Positions 22,446-34,892 of a DNA stretch of 64,000 bases are shown here, piece after piece. The stretch spans positions 13,828,001 to 13,892,000 of the forward strand of contig NC_086109.1 in the NCBI RefSeq assembly GCF_963921235.1. The letters are read 5' to 3'. The notes under the pieces were generated by a model that ran no database searches, was not told the DNA's origin, and worked only from the letters and a program-made list of their open reading frames with translations. How positions within the stretch are numbered: the stretch's first letter is position 1; each line of letters opens with the position of its first letter. A program made the position numbers and the translations under genes. The stretch is from Mobula hypostoma (taxonomy: Eukaryota).

Positions 22446-24305
22446 TCTTAAATTTAAATTTATTTTAGATCTTAATCTTAAACCGTCAATAATCTCTGTT
22501 TCAAGCAATGAGCCACCCTCCCTACGAGGGAGAAGAAACTCACAGCGCAGATTTAAAAGTCATTTTATTTTAAATGGAGTACATTTATTTTGATGAATAA
22601 TTCCAACAGAGATTATAATTCTACAAACAATTTTCAAACACAAGTATAATTCTTACAAACTAGAAAAACCTACCGATGGGTTGCAGACGAACATATTGTC
22701 TGTCACAGAAAGAGGGTTTAGGGAAGAGCTCTTTCTTGGGCCAGGACTGAGGAGTGGACTCCATGTCTTCATCTCTGTAACTCTTCCCCACTCTTATCAC
22801 CTTCTAATATATATATCTTTGTCTTTTCCTGTAATCTAGTGATGATCCATGGTCTCTATTCCTACCCCCCTGTTCCCCACTCTGACCTTTTATTTCTTCT
22901 CATCTGCCTATTTCTTCCCCCAGTGCCCCTCCTCCTCCCTTTCTCCTACTGTCCGTTCTCCTGTCCTATCAGACTCTTTCTTCTCCAGCCCTTGACCTTT
23001 CCCACACACCTGGCTTCACCTATCAACTTCCAGATAGCCTCTTTCCCTTATCTCCACCTTTTAATTGAGGCATTTCCCCCCTTCCCTTTCAGACCTGAAG
23101 AAGAGCCTCGGTTTGAAACGTTGACAGTTTATTCATTTCCATAGATGCTGCCTGATCTACTGCGTTCCTCCAGAATTTCGTGTTTGTTGCTAGTGGCGAC
23201 CTCATCTGCAAGTGATGATATCCCAACTGCATTAATTAGGTCAGATGGTGGGAGCTTTAGGTTAGCAGACAACGCTATTTCTTCTGATTAGTTTGCAGTC
23301 TCAGTTAAGTCAACAATAGGCTTTCTGAGCCTGGACAGTATTGTTTCTCAAGAGGATGGCTAAGGAATGCTAGTTAAAAATTAACAATAAACATCTTGAA
23401 CCTTGAACAGTTCCTCCTGCTGTGCTAAAAAGCTGAGTTTAGCAAAAAGCTTCCAGCTACGTGAGACTCAACATAGACTCAACATCTACGCTCCATCCAC
23501 CAGAAGTGGGATCTCCCAGTGGCCACCCATTTTAATTCCACTTCCCATTCCCATTCCGATATGTCAATCCATGGACTCTTCTACTGTCATGAACGAGGCC
23601 ACTCTCAGGTTGGAGGAACAACATCTTATATATTCCATCTGGGTAGCCTCCAACCTGATGGCATGAATATTGATTTCTCAAACTTCTGGTAATGCACCCC
23701 CCAACCCCCTTAACCATTTTCCATCCCCCTTAACCATTCTCCAACCCCTTTTCCCTTTCTCACCTTATCTCCTTACCTGCCCATTACCTCCCTCTGGTGC
23801 TCCTCCCTTTTTCTTTCTTCCATGGCCTTCTGTCCTCTCCTATCAGATTCCCCCTTCTCCAGCCCTGTATTTCTTGCATCTATCAAATTCCCAGCTCTTT
23901 ATTTCATCTTTCCCCTTCCTGGTTTCACCTATTACTTTGCGTTTTTCTCCCCCCCCCCCACTTCTAAAATCTGCTCCTCATCTTTTTCCCTCCAATCTTG
24001 CCGAAGGGTCTCAGCCCGAAACTTTGACTGTACTTTTCCATAGATGCTACATTTTATGTGTGTTGCATGTCCAGCTTCTGGATTGTGAACATCCATCACA
24101 CTGGGCAATATGATATAACATAGAAGAAATTGAATGGAATTAAAGAATTCTAGGAAGTGTATGATATGATATCTAGAGGGATATGATATGAAGGTGACAT
24201 ATCCTACAAAAAAGTATAAGCGTGCAAGGCAGTACTGAGAGAAAAATAGAGTTGCACATCAGGAAGGGGAAGCTCAAATAGTCTGGTCAATCAGCTTTTA
24301 TCAAA

Positions 24306-24494
24306 CACATAAGGGATTCTGCAGGTGCTGGAAATCCAGTACGACAAACACGAAATGCTGCAGGAACTCAGCAAGTCAGGCAGCATCTTCAAAGAGGAAT
24401 AAACAGTCAACGTTCTGGCCGAGACCAAAATCAACAATTTATTCCTCGCGATAGATGCTGCCTGACCTGCTGAGTTCCTCAAGCTTTTTGGGTT
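24306..24494. mobile_element. miniature Penelope-derived fold-back insertion
   Basis: Inverted terminal fragments; TSD TTTTATCAAA at 24296-24305 / 24495-24504. Confidence 0.7.
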
Positions 24495-25019
24495 TTTTAT
24501 CAAAGTCAGAATTGTAAATCAAGTTTATTGTCATTATGCACAGGTGCAATGAAAAACTTACATAAGCACCATCACAGGCACATTGCATCATACAAGGGAA
24601 TCATAAAGCAAACATTAATAAAGCAGGTTTGCAAGAAAGTATGCTACCAGAACAAAAAAAAAGTTTTGTTTAGTTTAGGGGAAATCATCTGTCCCTAACT
24701 TACAGAAAAACAGTTTACGAACAGAACTCTTACGCAACCCAGAAACTTCCTTGATCCATTCCTTTGTGCCTATCAACCTGATGACTGTATCAGTTTGGCC
24801 TGGTTCATTGGTGTTCACAACCCTTCCAAGCAGCAGATAGGCTCTGCATCATCTCCTCAGGAAATGATAAAACTAGAGAGATTGTTTATAGGTATCAGGA
24901 ACATCAGCGCCTGTATGGTTTACAAACTAGCGGCACAATTCCTGCTGGCACGGTAGTCTAGCGGTCAACATAACGCTTTACAGAGCCAACAACCTGGACT
25001 CGATCCCCGTTGCTGTCCG

Positions 25020-27750
25020 TGAGGCAGGATGATAGTGAAGGTAGTAGAATGTTCCTCCTGGTGCGATGAGGGATTTCAAGGTGCCTAACGGTTCTCCACT
25101 TTCTGCGGAAAGTGCACCCAACAGACAATGTCAAGGAACTGGGGCAGGAGTTGGATGCACTCAAGGCCATCTGGGAGGCTGAAAATCTCAGGTGAGATTG
25201 TGCTGAGCTGGTCAGGCCCAGCGTGCAGGCTTCGGAAAGTAGATGGGTGACCATCAGGAGAAGTAAGGGGAGTATGTGGTCAGTGCAGGGTTATCCCCCT
25301 GAGCATCAGGTATACTCCTTTGGATACTGCTGTTGGGGGATGACCCATCAGGATACAGCAGCAGCAGCCAGGCCAGTGGCACTGTGGTTGGCTCTAAGGC
25401 TCAGGAGGGACAGGCAAAGTCAGGCAGAGCGGCAGTCATAGGAGACTCTGAAGTTAGGGGGATGGGCAGCAGATTCTGTGGCCACAAAATGACACCAGGA
25501 TTGTGTGTTACCTCCCAGGTGCTAGGGTCCAGCATGTCCCGGGGAAGCTGCAGGAGATTCTCAAGAGGGAGGGCGAGCAGTCAGAGTTTGCCGTGCACAT
25601 TGGCACCAATGACATCAGAAGAAAAGGTTTCAGATATCTGGATCACTGGGGTCACTTCTGGGGAAGGTACAGTACAACTTGTATAAAAAGGACAGGTTAC
25701 ATCTGAACCTGAAGAGGGCCAATATCCTTGCAGGCAGGTTTACTAGAGCTGTTGGGGAGGGTTCAGACTAATTTGGCAAGGGGATGGGAACCAGAGTGAA
25801 ACAGCTGAGGATGGGGAAGCTGGTATGCCATTCGCTGCAGTGTGTAGTGGGACAATGAGAAAGGACAAGCATATGATAGGGCAAAATTGCAGTCAGTGGG
25901 ATGAATTAAAGTGCAAAAATTGAAAAGGATAATGACTACAGGACTGAAGGTATTATATTTGAATACACACAGTATTATGCAATTAGGTAGATGATCTTGT
26001 AGTGCAGTTAGAATTTGGCAGGTATGAAGTTGTGGGCATCACTGAGTTATGGCTGAAAGATCACAGTTGGGAGCTTAACATCCAAGGATAAACATTGTAT
26101 CAAAAGGACAGACAGGTAGACAGAGGTGATGAGATGACTCTGTTGGTAAAAAATTAAATCAATTTCTTTCGAAGAGGGGACATAGGACCAGAAGTTGTAG
26201 AAACCTTGCGGGTAGAGTTAAGAAACTGCCAGGGTAAAAAGACCATGGTGGGAGTTATATACAGGCCTCTGAACAGTAGCCAAGATGTGGGATATAAATT
26301 ACAATGGGAGATAGAAAAGGCATGTTAAAAAGGGCAATATTATGAAAACCATGGGGGATTTCAATATGCAGGTAGATTAGGAATGGGGACACTAGGAGGG
26401 ATGACAGCAGAACAGGAATGGCTGGAATTTCTGGGGGAAATTCGAAAAGCACTGGAAAGCACATGCCAAAAATGAAAATGTATTCTAAAGGGAGGCAGAG
26501 GCAACTGGTGTCAATGGAAGGCAAAAGTAGCATAAAAGGAAAAAAAACAGCATATAATATAGCAAAAAATAATGGGTAGTTGGAGGATTGGAAAGCTTTT
26601 GTAAACCAACAGAAGGCAACTGATAAAGTTATCAAGAGGGAAAAGATTAACTATGAAGGTAAGCAAGCCAATAATATAAAAGAGGATACCAAAAGATTTT
26701 CAGATATATAAAGAGTAAAAGTAAAGCGGGAGTGGATATTGGACCGCTGGAAAATGACACTGGAGAGGTAGTCATGGGGAACAAAGAAATGGCGGACAAA
26801 CTTATCAAGTATTTTGCATCAGACTTCACTGTGGAAGACACTAGCAGTATGCCAGAAATTTGAGTGTCAGGGACAGAAATGAGTGTCGGTGCAATTACTA
26901 ATGAGAAGGAGCTTGGGAAGCTGAATGGTCTGAAGTTAGGTAAGTCACCTGGACCAGATGGACTACACCCCAGGGTTCTGAATAAGGTAGCTAAAGTGAT
27001 TGTGGAGCCAGTAGTAGTGATCTTTCAAGAATCACTAGATTCTGGAATGGTTCTGGAGGACTGGAAAACTGCAAATGTCACTCCATACTTTAAAAAGGCA
27101 TGCAGGCAGAAGAAAGGAAATTATAGGCTAGTTAGACTGATTTCAGAGGTTGGAAAGATGTTGCATTCCTTTATTAAGGATGAAGTTTCAGGGTACTTGG
27201 AGGAGCATGATAAAATAGGCCAAAGTCAGCATAATTTCCTTAAGGGGAAATCTTGCCTGACAAATCTGTCGGAATTCTTTGAGGAAGTAACAGACAAGAT
27301 AGACAAAGTAGAGTGAGTGGATGTTGTTTACTTGGATTTTCAGAAGGCCTTTGACACAGTGCCAAACTTCAGGCTGTTTAACAAGAACCCATGAAATTAC
27401 AGAAAAGATACGAGCATAGATAGAAGATTGGTTTATTGGCAAGAGGATAAGAGTGGGAATAAAGGGGGCCTTTTTGGGTTAGCTGCCGGTTCCACAAGCA
27501 CCTGTGTTGGGACTACTTCGTTTTACGTTATATGTCAATGACTTGGATGATGGAATTGATGGCTTTGTGGCTGAGTTTACAGACAATACGAAGATAGGTA
27601 GAGGGGCAAGTAGTGTTGAGGAAGAACAGAGTGCGCAGAAGGACTGAGGTAGATTGGGAGAATGGGCAAAGAAGTAGTCGTTGGAATATAGTGTGGGGAA
27701 GTGTATGGTTGTGTACTTTGGAAGACAGAATAAAGGTGTGACTATCTTAT
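25020..27750 (+). mobile_element. decayed CR1 LINE with ORF1 (SGNH esterase-like), endonuclease and RT remnants
   Basis: VIGDS.VRG, VHIGTND, FRYLDHW (ORF1); KSPGPDGLHPRVL, KGKSCLTNL.EFFE (ORF2); many stops and deletions. Confidence 0.9.
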
Positions 27751-28229
27751 AACCCTTAATGTACTTAATTAAGATGATGGCTGACAACTCCTGCGATGCT
27801 GCTAGTGCCAAACTGCATTGATCTTTGTCGTTCCTTTGCGTTCATCAGATATGTGGGGAGGTGGGACTTGCTACATGGGCAACAGTTTGCTCTCCATACT
27901 TTGCTGCCCAGGCTTGCATACCTAGACAGCTAGGACGCTGCATCTATAGTTGACCCAGACCAACTGAGGCCTAACTTAATTAAGATTCCCATCATGGTTT
28001 GCAATTGAGGTTTTACAAGTATTCACAAATAAAAGATCAAGCGAGATTTATTCAATAAAATTACACTCCTATAGACTTGTCTATGTTGTTACAAGTGGTT
28101 ACAATCCTAATAGATTACTGCATTCTATCACTATTACATCCTTTTATAGATTGTTGCTTCCCAGTACGATTGATCACATAATGCAATGGGGTCTTTTAAG
28201 ATCATGCAATACTGCAATTGACCAGGGCA

Positions 28230-30052
28230 TATAGAAACATAGAGCCTGCACCGCCATTCAGTATGATCATGGCTGATCATCCAACTCAGAACCCTGCACC
28301 AGCCTTCCCTCCATACCCCCGATCCCTTTAGACACAAGGGCCATATCTAACTCCCTCTTAAATATAGCCAATGAACTGGCCTCAAGTGTTTCCTGTGGCA
28401 GAGAATTCCACAGATTCACCACTCTCTGTGTGAAGAAGTTTTTCCTAATCTCGGTCCTAAAAGGCTTCCCCTTTATCCTCAAACTGTGACCCCTCGTTCT
28501 GGACTTCCCCAACATCGGGAACAATCTTCCTGCATCTAGCCTGTCCAATCCCTTTAGAATTTTATACGTTTCAATCAGATCCCCCCTCAATCTTCTAAAT
28601 TCCAACGAGTATAAGCCTAGTTCATCCAGTCTTTCATCATATGAAAGTCCTGCCATCCCAGGAATCAATCTGGAGAACCTTCTTTGCACTCCCTCTATGA
28701 TAGGATGTCTTTCCTCAGATTAGGGGACCAAAACTGCACACAATACTCCAGGTGTGGTCTCACCAAGGCCTTGTACAACTGCAGTAGTACCTCCCTGCTC
28801 CTGTACTCGAATCCTCTTGCTATGAATGCCAGCATACCATTCGCCTTTTTCACCGCCTGCTGTACCTGCATGCCCACTTTCAATGACTGGTGTATAATGA
28901 CACCCAGGTCTCGTTGCACCTCCCCTTTTCCTAATCGGCCACCATTCAGATAATAATCTGTTTTCCTGTTTTTGCCACCAAAGTGGATAACTTCACATTT
29001 ATCCACATTAAATTGCATCTGCCATGAATTTGCCCACTCACCCAACCTATCCAAGTCACCCTGCATCCTCTTAGCATCCTCCTCACAGCTAACACTGCCG
29101 CCCAGCTTCGTGTCATCCGCAAACTTGGAGATGCTGCATTTAATTCCCTCATCCAAGTCATTAATATATATTGTAAACAACTGGGGTCCCAGCACTGAGC
29201 CTTGCGGTACCCCACTAGTCACTACCTGCCATTCTGAAAAGGTCCCGTTTATTCCTACTCTTTGCTTCCTGTCTGCCAACCAATTCCCTATCCACATCAA
29301 TACCTTACCCCCAATACCATGTGCTTTAAGTTTGCACACTAATCTCCTGTGTGGGACCTTGTCAAAAGCCTTTTGAAAATCCAAATATACCACATCCACT
29401 GGTTCTCCCCTATCCACTCTACTAGTTACATCCTCAAAAAATTCTATGAGATTCGTCAGACATGATTTTCCTTTCACAAATCCACGCTGACTTTGTCCAA
29501 TCATTTCACCGCTTTCCAAATGTGCTGTTATCACATCTTTGACAACTGACATTAGCAGTTTCCCCACCATCAATGTTAGGCCAACTGGTCTATAGTTCCC
29601 TGGTTTCTCTCTCCATCCTTTTTTAAAAAGTGGGGTTACATTAGCCACCCTCCAGTCCTCAGGAACTAGTCCAGAATCTAAAGAGTTTTGAAAAATTATC
29701 ACTAATGCATCCACTATTTCTTGGGCTACTTCCTTAAGCACTCTGGGATGCAGAACATCTGGCCCTGGGGATTTATCTGCCTTTAATCCCTTCAATTTAC
29801 CTAACACCACTTCCCTACTAACCTGTATTTCCCTCAGTTCCTCCATCTCACTGTACCCTCTGTCCCCTACTATTTCCAGAAGATTATTTACGTCCTCCTT
29901 AGTGAAGACAGAACCAAAGTAATTATTCAATTGGTCTGCCATGTCCTTGCTCCCCATAATCAATTCACCTGTTTCTGTCTGTAGGGGACCTACATTTGTC
30001 TTAACCAATCTTTTTCTTTTCACATATCTATAAAAGCTTTTACCGTCAGTTT
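28230..30052 (-). mobile_element. 5'-truncated, comparatively young CR1 LINE
   Basis: Continuous ORF2 with one frameshift near 28690; 3'UTR and ctatgtttctat tail. Confidence 0.93.
28695..30023 (-). CDS. CR1 ORF2 reverse transcriptase domain (partial, 442 aa open)
   Basis: YLDFQKAFDKV, SGVPQGSVLGP, SKFADDTKL, RPHLEYCVQFW motifs. Confidence 0.85.
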   Translation of the reverse strand: MKRKRLVKTNVGPLQTETGELIMGSKDMADQLNNYFGSVFTKEDVNNLLEIVGDRGYSEMEELREIQVSREVVLGKLKGLKADKSPGPDVLHPRVLKEVAQEIVDALVIIFQNSLDSGLVPEDWRVANVTPLFKKGWREKPGNYRPVGLTLMVGKLLMSVVKDVITAHLESGEMIGQSQRGFVKGKSCLTNLIEFFEDVTSRVDRGEPVDVVYLDFQKAFDKVPHRRLVCKLKAHGIGGKVLMWIGNWLADRKQRVGINGTFSEWQVVTSGVPQGSVLGPQLFTIYINDLDEGIKCSISKFADDTKLGGSVSCEEDAKRMQGDLDRLGEWANSWQMQFNVDKCEVIHFGGKNRKTDYYLNGGRLGKGEVQRDLGVIIHQSLKVGMQVQQAVKKANGMLAFIARGFEYRSREVLLQLYKALVRPHLEYCVQFWSPNLRKDILS

Positions 30053-30309
30053 TGCAGTGGTTGCATGGTTGACGAATATTGTAGTAGACTGCAACATGCT
30101 GTCACAAATAGCGACTTTCCTACAACCATCAGGCAGGCTTGTACAACCCCAACCCAACCTAGGCGCCAGAACACTCCATACTGCCTCTTATACGTACGGA
30201 GGTGTTGGTAGAGGCAGATATGTTAGGGACATTTAAGAAGCTCTTAGACAGGCACGTGGATGATAGAAAACTGGAGAGCTGTGTAGGAGGGAAGGATTAG
30301 ATTGATCAT

Positions 30310-30675
30310 CACTCGTTTGTTATGTGCCAGGTGCCATGGGTGATCATGGACTTTCCACGACCGTGATTGTTCTTGGCAAATTTTTTAACAGAAGTAGTTT
30401 GCCATTGTCTTCTTCTGGGCAGTGCCTTTACAAAACAGGTGACCCTAGTCACTACCAATACTCTTCAGAGATTGCCTGCCAAGCATCATAACCAGGACTT
30501 GTGATATGCACCAGCTGCTCATACGACCATCCACCACCTGCTCCCATGGCCTCACGTGACCCTGATCGGGGGTTAAACTGGTGCTACACCTTGCCCAAGG
30601 GGGATCTGCCGGCCAGCGGAGGAAAGGATTGTCTTGCACCTCGTTCGGTAGAAGGTTATCTCCATCCTGCCACCC
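30310..30675 (-). mobile_element. full-length short RTE-derived (Bov-A-like) non-autonomous element
   Basis: 11-bp TSD AGATTGATCAT (30299-30309 / 30676-30686); gaagaag.caatggcaaac.acttc RTE motif; second copy at 43385-43768. Confidence 0.75.
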
Positions 30676-30769
30676 AGATTGATCATAGAGTGGGTTAAAA
30701 GGTCAGCACAACATCGTGGGCCAAAGGGTCTGTAGTGTGCTGTAATCTTCCATGTCTATGTTTCCAACT

Positions 30770-31323
30770 GGTCCCTTCAGGCTGTTATAGCCAGGGGTGG
30801 TAATGGGGACAAGTCCCATTACCTATCAAATGCTCCCAATGGCATGCGGCTCAAATAGCCTCTGACAACCCAGTCCAGCTTCCGGCCTCCATATATGGCT
30901 TGGCTACTAAGCCTGGCGGAACCGTTTCTACTGTCAGGAGAAGGTGCAAAGGTGGGTTACCGGTGCCCTAAAACTAGTCACTTTGGGCAGGTGGTTGGCT
31001 GCTCATCGAGGAGAAGGAAAACTCTGATCTCAAACATCCCCTGCCTTGTGGCTATACTCACTCATGGGGCAGGTTTTGGGAGTAGAGCCCGAGAAAAAAA
31101 TCTGGTGCTGGACTCCCTAAGGCAGTCCTACGTTGAGTTCAACACTGACTGGCCAATCCTGCGATGCTGCTGGTGCCAAACTATATCGGACTCTACAGCT
31201 CCTTTGGATTCATCAGATATGTGGAGAGGGGGAGCTTGCTTTCCATAGCACACCGCCTAGGCTTGTGTATTGGGACAGCTAGGACGCAACATCCATGGTT
31301 GACCCTGACCGACGGAGGCCTCA
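30770..31323 (+). mobile_element. non-autonomous RTE-related element
   Basis: 12-bp TSD ATGTTTCCAACT (30758-30769 / 31324-31335); related pieces at 9600-9825 (minus) and 27770-27975; tail resembles the SINE tail of 6371-6682. Confidence 0.7.
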
Positions 31324-31335
31324 ATGTTTCCAACT

Positions 31336-31725
31336 CAACAGAAAGTGTCTCAAATACTTACCAGCAAGTAAATAATTTATGTGACCAAATATTGTCACTC
31401 AAATTGATTGGCTGGCCAGAGTAACTGGACTAACTGACCCTCACATGTCGATTTTGGAGATGTACAGTGAAGATCTGACCTTCAGATAAACTCACCAGGA
31501 GGAAAATTTCGTGGAGAAAGAAAACATCAGAATGAAAAAGGCGGCCAAAGTATTCTTGATTGATGTTGTGTTTCCCAGACTTTAGCACCTGCTTATCAAG
31601 GCAGACGGTGCCTCAGTTTAATGTCTGATCTGAAAGATGGCATCTCTGGCAGCGCTGTGCTCTCTTAGTGCTACACTGAATCCTCAGTCCAGATTCCATC
31701 ATTTATTCTTTGTGTAGGGAATTGA
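31336..31725. repeat. local duplicated block, copy 1 (copy 2 at about 40625-41390)
   Basis: cttaccagcaagtaaataatttat...tttcccagacttt occurs twice ~9.3 kb apart, each time preceded by a CR1 tail and followed by a Deu/SacSINE-like fragment. Confidence 0.85.
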
Positions 31726-32332
31726 GGACATTTAAGAAACTCTCGGGGAAGAAAATGGATGACAGAAAATGGAAGTCTATGAAGGAGGGAAGGGTTAGAT
31801 TGATCTTAGATTTGGCTAAAAGTTCGGGAAATCATTGTGGGCTGTAGGGCCTTTATTGTGCTGTAATGTTCTGTACCACCACAGACTTGTCTCTGTTTTT
31901 TGTTCATACTACTGTCCTCTTTTGCAGACTTTTTTCCGCTCACTGCACTGTCTTATAAAATTTATATATAATTTATTTACTGTGTGTTGTCTGTACCTAT
32001 GTGTTTGTGGTGCTGTTGCAAATACATTTGTCATTGTACCTCTATCTCACCATACTTGTACTTGACTTGATTATTACAAACAGTGATTCCAAAGTGAGCA
32101 ATATCGACCCCCCCCCAACTGGGGGTGGAGGGAGTTTCTAATAGAGAGGTGGGAGAGGGTGCTTGTAGCAAGAGGGCAGCTGAAGAACTACATGTTTAAT
32201 TTAAGAAATGAATTACTTATTGTAAGCATTTCATTCTCAGTGCCTCGTAATTGATTACAATGATCACATAATCATCTCATCTCTTGCTAACCCACTGTTC
32301 TCTTACTCTTAGCTCAAAGCATATTATAGTTG

Positions 32333-32627
32333 CTGTGTTGGCGCATGGCCAAGTGGTTAAGGCATCGGTCTAGTGACTTGAAGGTCGCCAGTTTGAGCCT
32401 CAACTGAGGCAGCATGTTGTGTCCTTCAGCAAGGCACTTAACCACACGACGACACCGCGCAAACCTGTATCGGCCCTAGTGCCCTTCCCTTGGACAACAT
32501 CAGTGGCGTGGAGAGGGGAGACTTGCAGCATGGGTAACTGCCGGTCTTCCATACAACCTTGCCCAGGCCTGCGCCCTGGAAACCTTCCAAGGTGCAAATC
32601 CATGGTCTCACAAGACTAATGGATGGC
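32333..32627 (+). mobile_element. tRNA-derived SINE nested in the hAT element
   Basis: TSD TATTATAGTTG at 32322-32332 / 32628-32638. Confidence 0.85.
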
Positions 32628-33039
32628 TATTATAGTTGTTGAAAAGCAACGTGACACTTCCGTATTTGGGATATCGTACAAAATCTGGACTGACTGAAGA
32701 AATTGTGTTATTTCCAGGCCTGCCATTCACTGGTGTAGTACAGTGTTAGTTAGTACAATTCCCATACTCTTATCACACAGTGACACAATTCCTGCAAATT
32801 TGGGTATGGCGTTTAATGGGGTAATGTTCAGAATCCACCCTTTCAAATGGTCTGGACTGCATTTCTCTACCCCATAGCCCAATTGAGATATCGCTGCCCT
32901 GCTTTATGTACCTTCAGGCTGAAAGTTAGGTTTTGCCTGAGCTATGATGACATCATAACTTTCCCCTTTATTGATCACAGCGCTTGAGGTTGGACTTAAA
33001 CAAAAGGCAATTGACTCTCGTCGGTAATCCGTAATGAAG

Positions 33040-34892
33040 ATAGCAGAAGCAGACCAAACAAAAAAGAAGTGTGGACAGTAAACTGTGGAGTATCTCAAAT
33101 ATGGATTTATACCAGAACCAAGCAACCAACAGCAGCCAATGTATCTGTTGTGTGAATTTTTTTTCAAATGAGGCAATGAAATCATCCAGGTTCCTTGAAC
33201 ATTTGCAGAGAATACATTCTGATAAAGCAAACAAGAACTTGGCTTATTTCATGGAGTCGACGTTTCAGGCCGAGACCCTTCGTCAGGGCTGCTTGGCCTG
33301 CTGCGTTCACCAGCAACTTTGATGTGTGTTGCTCGAATTTCCAGCATCTGCAGAATTTCTGTTGTTTTTGTTCTTGGCTTATTTCAGTCACTTAAACATG
33401 TCTGTCAGCGCTTCACAATAAAACAGTGATGGTTTGCATTCTTCATACAACATTTCATTGCTCATTGCTAAATCTGGAAAACCCCACACAATTGGAGAAG
33501 AATTGATTCTGCCAGCAGTAAGGAAGGTTCTGTGTATGGTTTTCTATAAGTCATCAGACAAATAATTAAAGCGATTCCAATGAAATGTCTAACAATGTGG
33601 GAGACATGTTGTGCAGCATATTTGGAACACTAGAATTTGCTCTGCAGTTGGATGAGTTAACTTTGCCAGACAACAAATCTTTGCTTCTTGGTTACATTCA
33701 CTTCATAAAAGATGAAAGCATGGTTCAACAGCTGATATTTGCAAAGAGAATAGAAACAGATACAAAGGGGGAGCAATATTGTAGGTTTGTGAGCAATTTT
33801 TCAAAAAGGACATTCCAATAACCAACATTCTTGCTTGTGCAACAGATGAGGCACCATCATTGACAGGACGCCACCTTGGGGTTATTGCTTTCTTGAAAAA
33901 TGTCGTACCTAACGTATTTACCATTTACTGTGTAATTCAGAGACAACATCTTGTTGCAAAAAGAAAGCAGTGATCAGCTGCACAAATCATTAAATACTGT
34001 TATTACAGTACTGAATAAGATCAGGTCCCATGCTCTCAATTCTCGACTGTTTTGAGAGCTTGGCTTTGAGAATGATGAAGAGTTTGGAAGCTTGCTGTTG
34101 CACACAGGAGTCAGATGGTTCGCAAAAGGAAATGGCCTGAGAAGCTTTTATGTGCTTTTTGAAATTTTGACAAAATTATTTGAAGACTTGAATGCTTCAT
34201 TCATTAATCACCTCAAGACTATTAGGCATGATATTGCTTATTTGTCAGAATTCACAAAGAGTAATAAACCCAATCTTCAGTTGCAAGAAAATGATGTGTA
34301 TCTTATCAAAGTCAAATCAGTCACCTCCATATTTCTGTCCAAGTTAACCCTATTTAAGTACAACATTAGTCATTGTGAACTTTTCCAATTTCCAAGCCTC
34401 TCTGAGTTGAAAGAGAAAGAAAGAATACCAGATGATAATCTTCAAGTATACTGTGCCCACCTGGGTGAGCTGCATAAAGACACATCAGAGAGATTGGATC
34501 TTCTCCCAATCCAAGTTCCAGATTTGGTAATGAATCCATTCCCGAACACTTGCAATGAGAAATTAACAGAAGGGATGGAGGGAGATCTGATCTCTATACA
34601 AAATGATTTTGCACTGAAGTCAAAGTTCAAAAAATTACATCAAGATTTTTGGTTGCAGAAAGAAATCTCCGAGTACTACCCTGCATTGTGGAAAAGGGTC
34701 AAGATGTTCTTTATCACTTTTCCAACGTCATATTTAGTGGAGAGCGGTTTCAATGCAGTCACCCAACTTCTTTCAAAGCAACAAAACAAACTGCAAATGA
34801 CTGAATATGGGGAACTGAGGCTCCTTCTGAGTGATATTCCACCTGATGTTGAGAGGCTGACATCACAGTGCCAAGCTCTTCCATCTCACTGA
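33040..34892 (+). pseudogene. disrupted hAT transposase (BED finger, DDE and dimerisation domains)
   Basis: EYLKYGF..P..LLC...SNEAMK.S...HL...H, FALQLDE, CATD.APS.TG, IHCVI.RQHL, LLLHT.VRW, FPTSYLVESGF; frameshifts and stops upstream of 34092. Confidence 0.85.
33252..33372. mobile_element. 121-bp Penelope-derived insertion containing an inverted hammerhead motif
   Basis: 14-bp TSD CTTGGCTTATTTCA at 33238-33251 / 33373-33386; 33255-33290 minus reads AGCC-CUGACGA-AGGGUCUCGGCCU-GAAAC-GUC-GACU. Confidence 0.85.

Noticed and set aside
21566..22468. 300-aa plus-strand ORF
   Set aside because: Low-complexity P/S/F/L translation of CT-rich Penelope terminal repeats; spans two nested elements, so not a gene
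30770..30960. HDV-like ribozyme in the head of the 30770-31323 element
   Set aside because: Some hairpins are present, but I could not assign P1, P3 and P1.1 consistently in this copy
34092..34892. Domesticated ZBED/SCAND-type gene
   Set aside because: Upstream transposase is broken by stops, frameshifts and an insertion, and TIRs are still present; it is a fossil transposon
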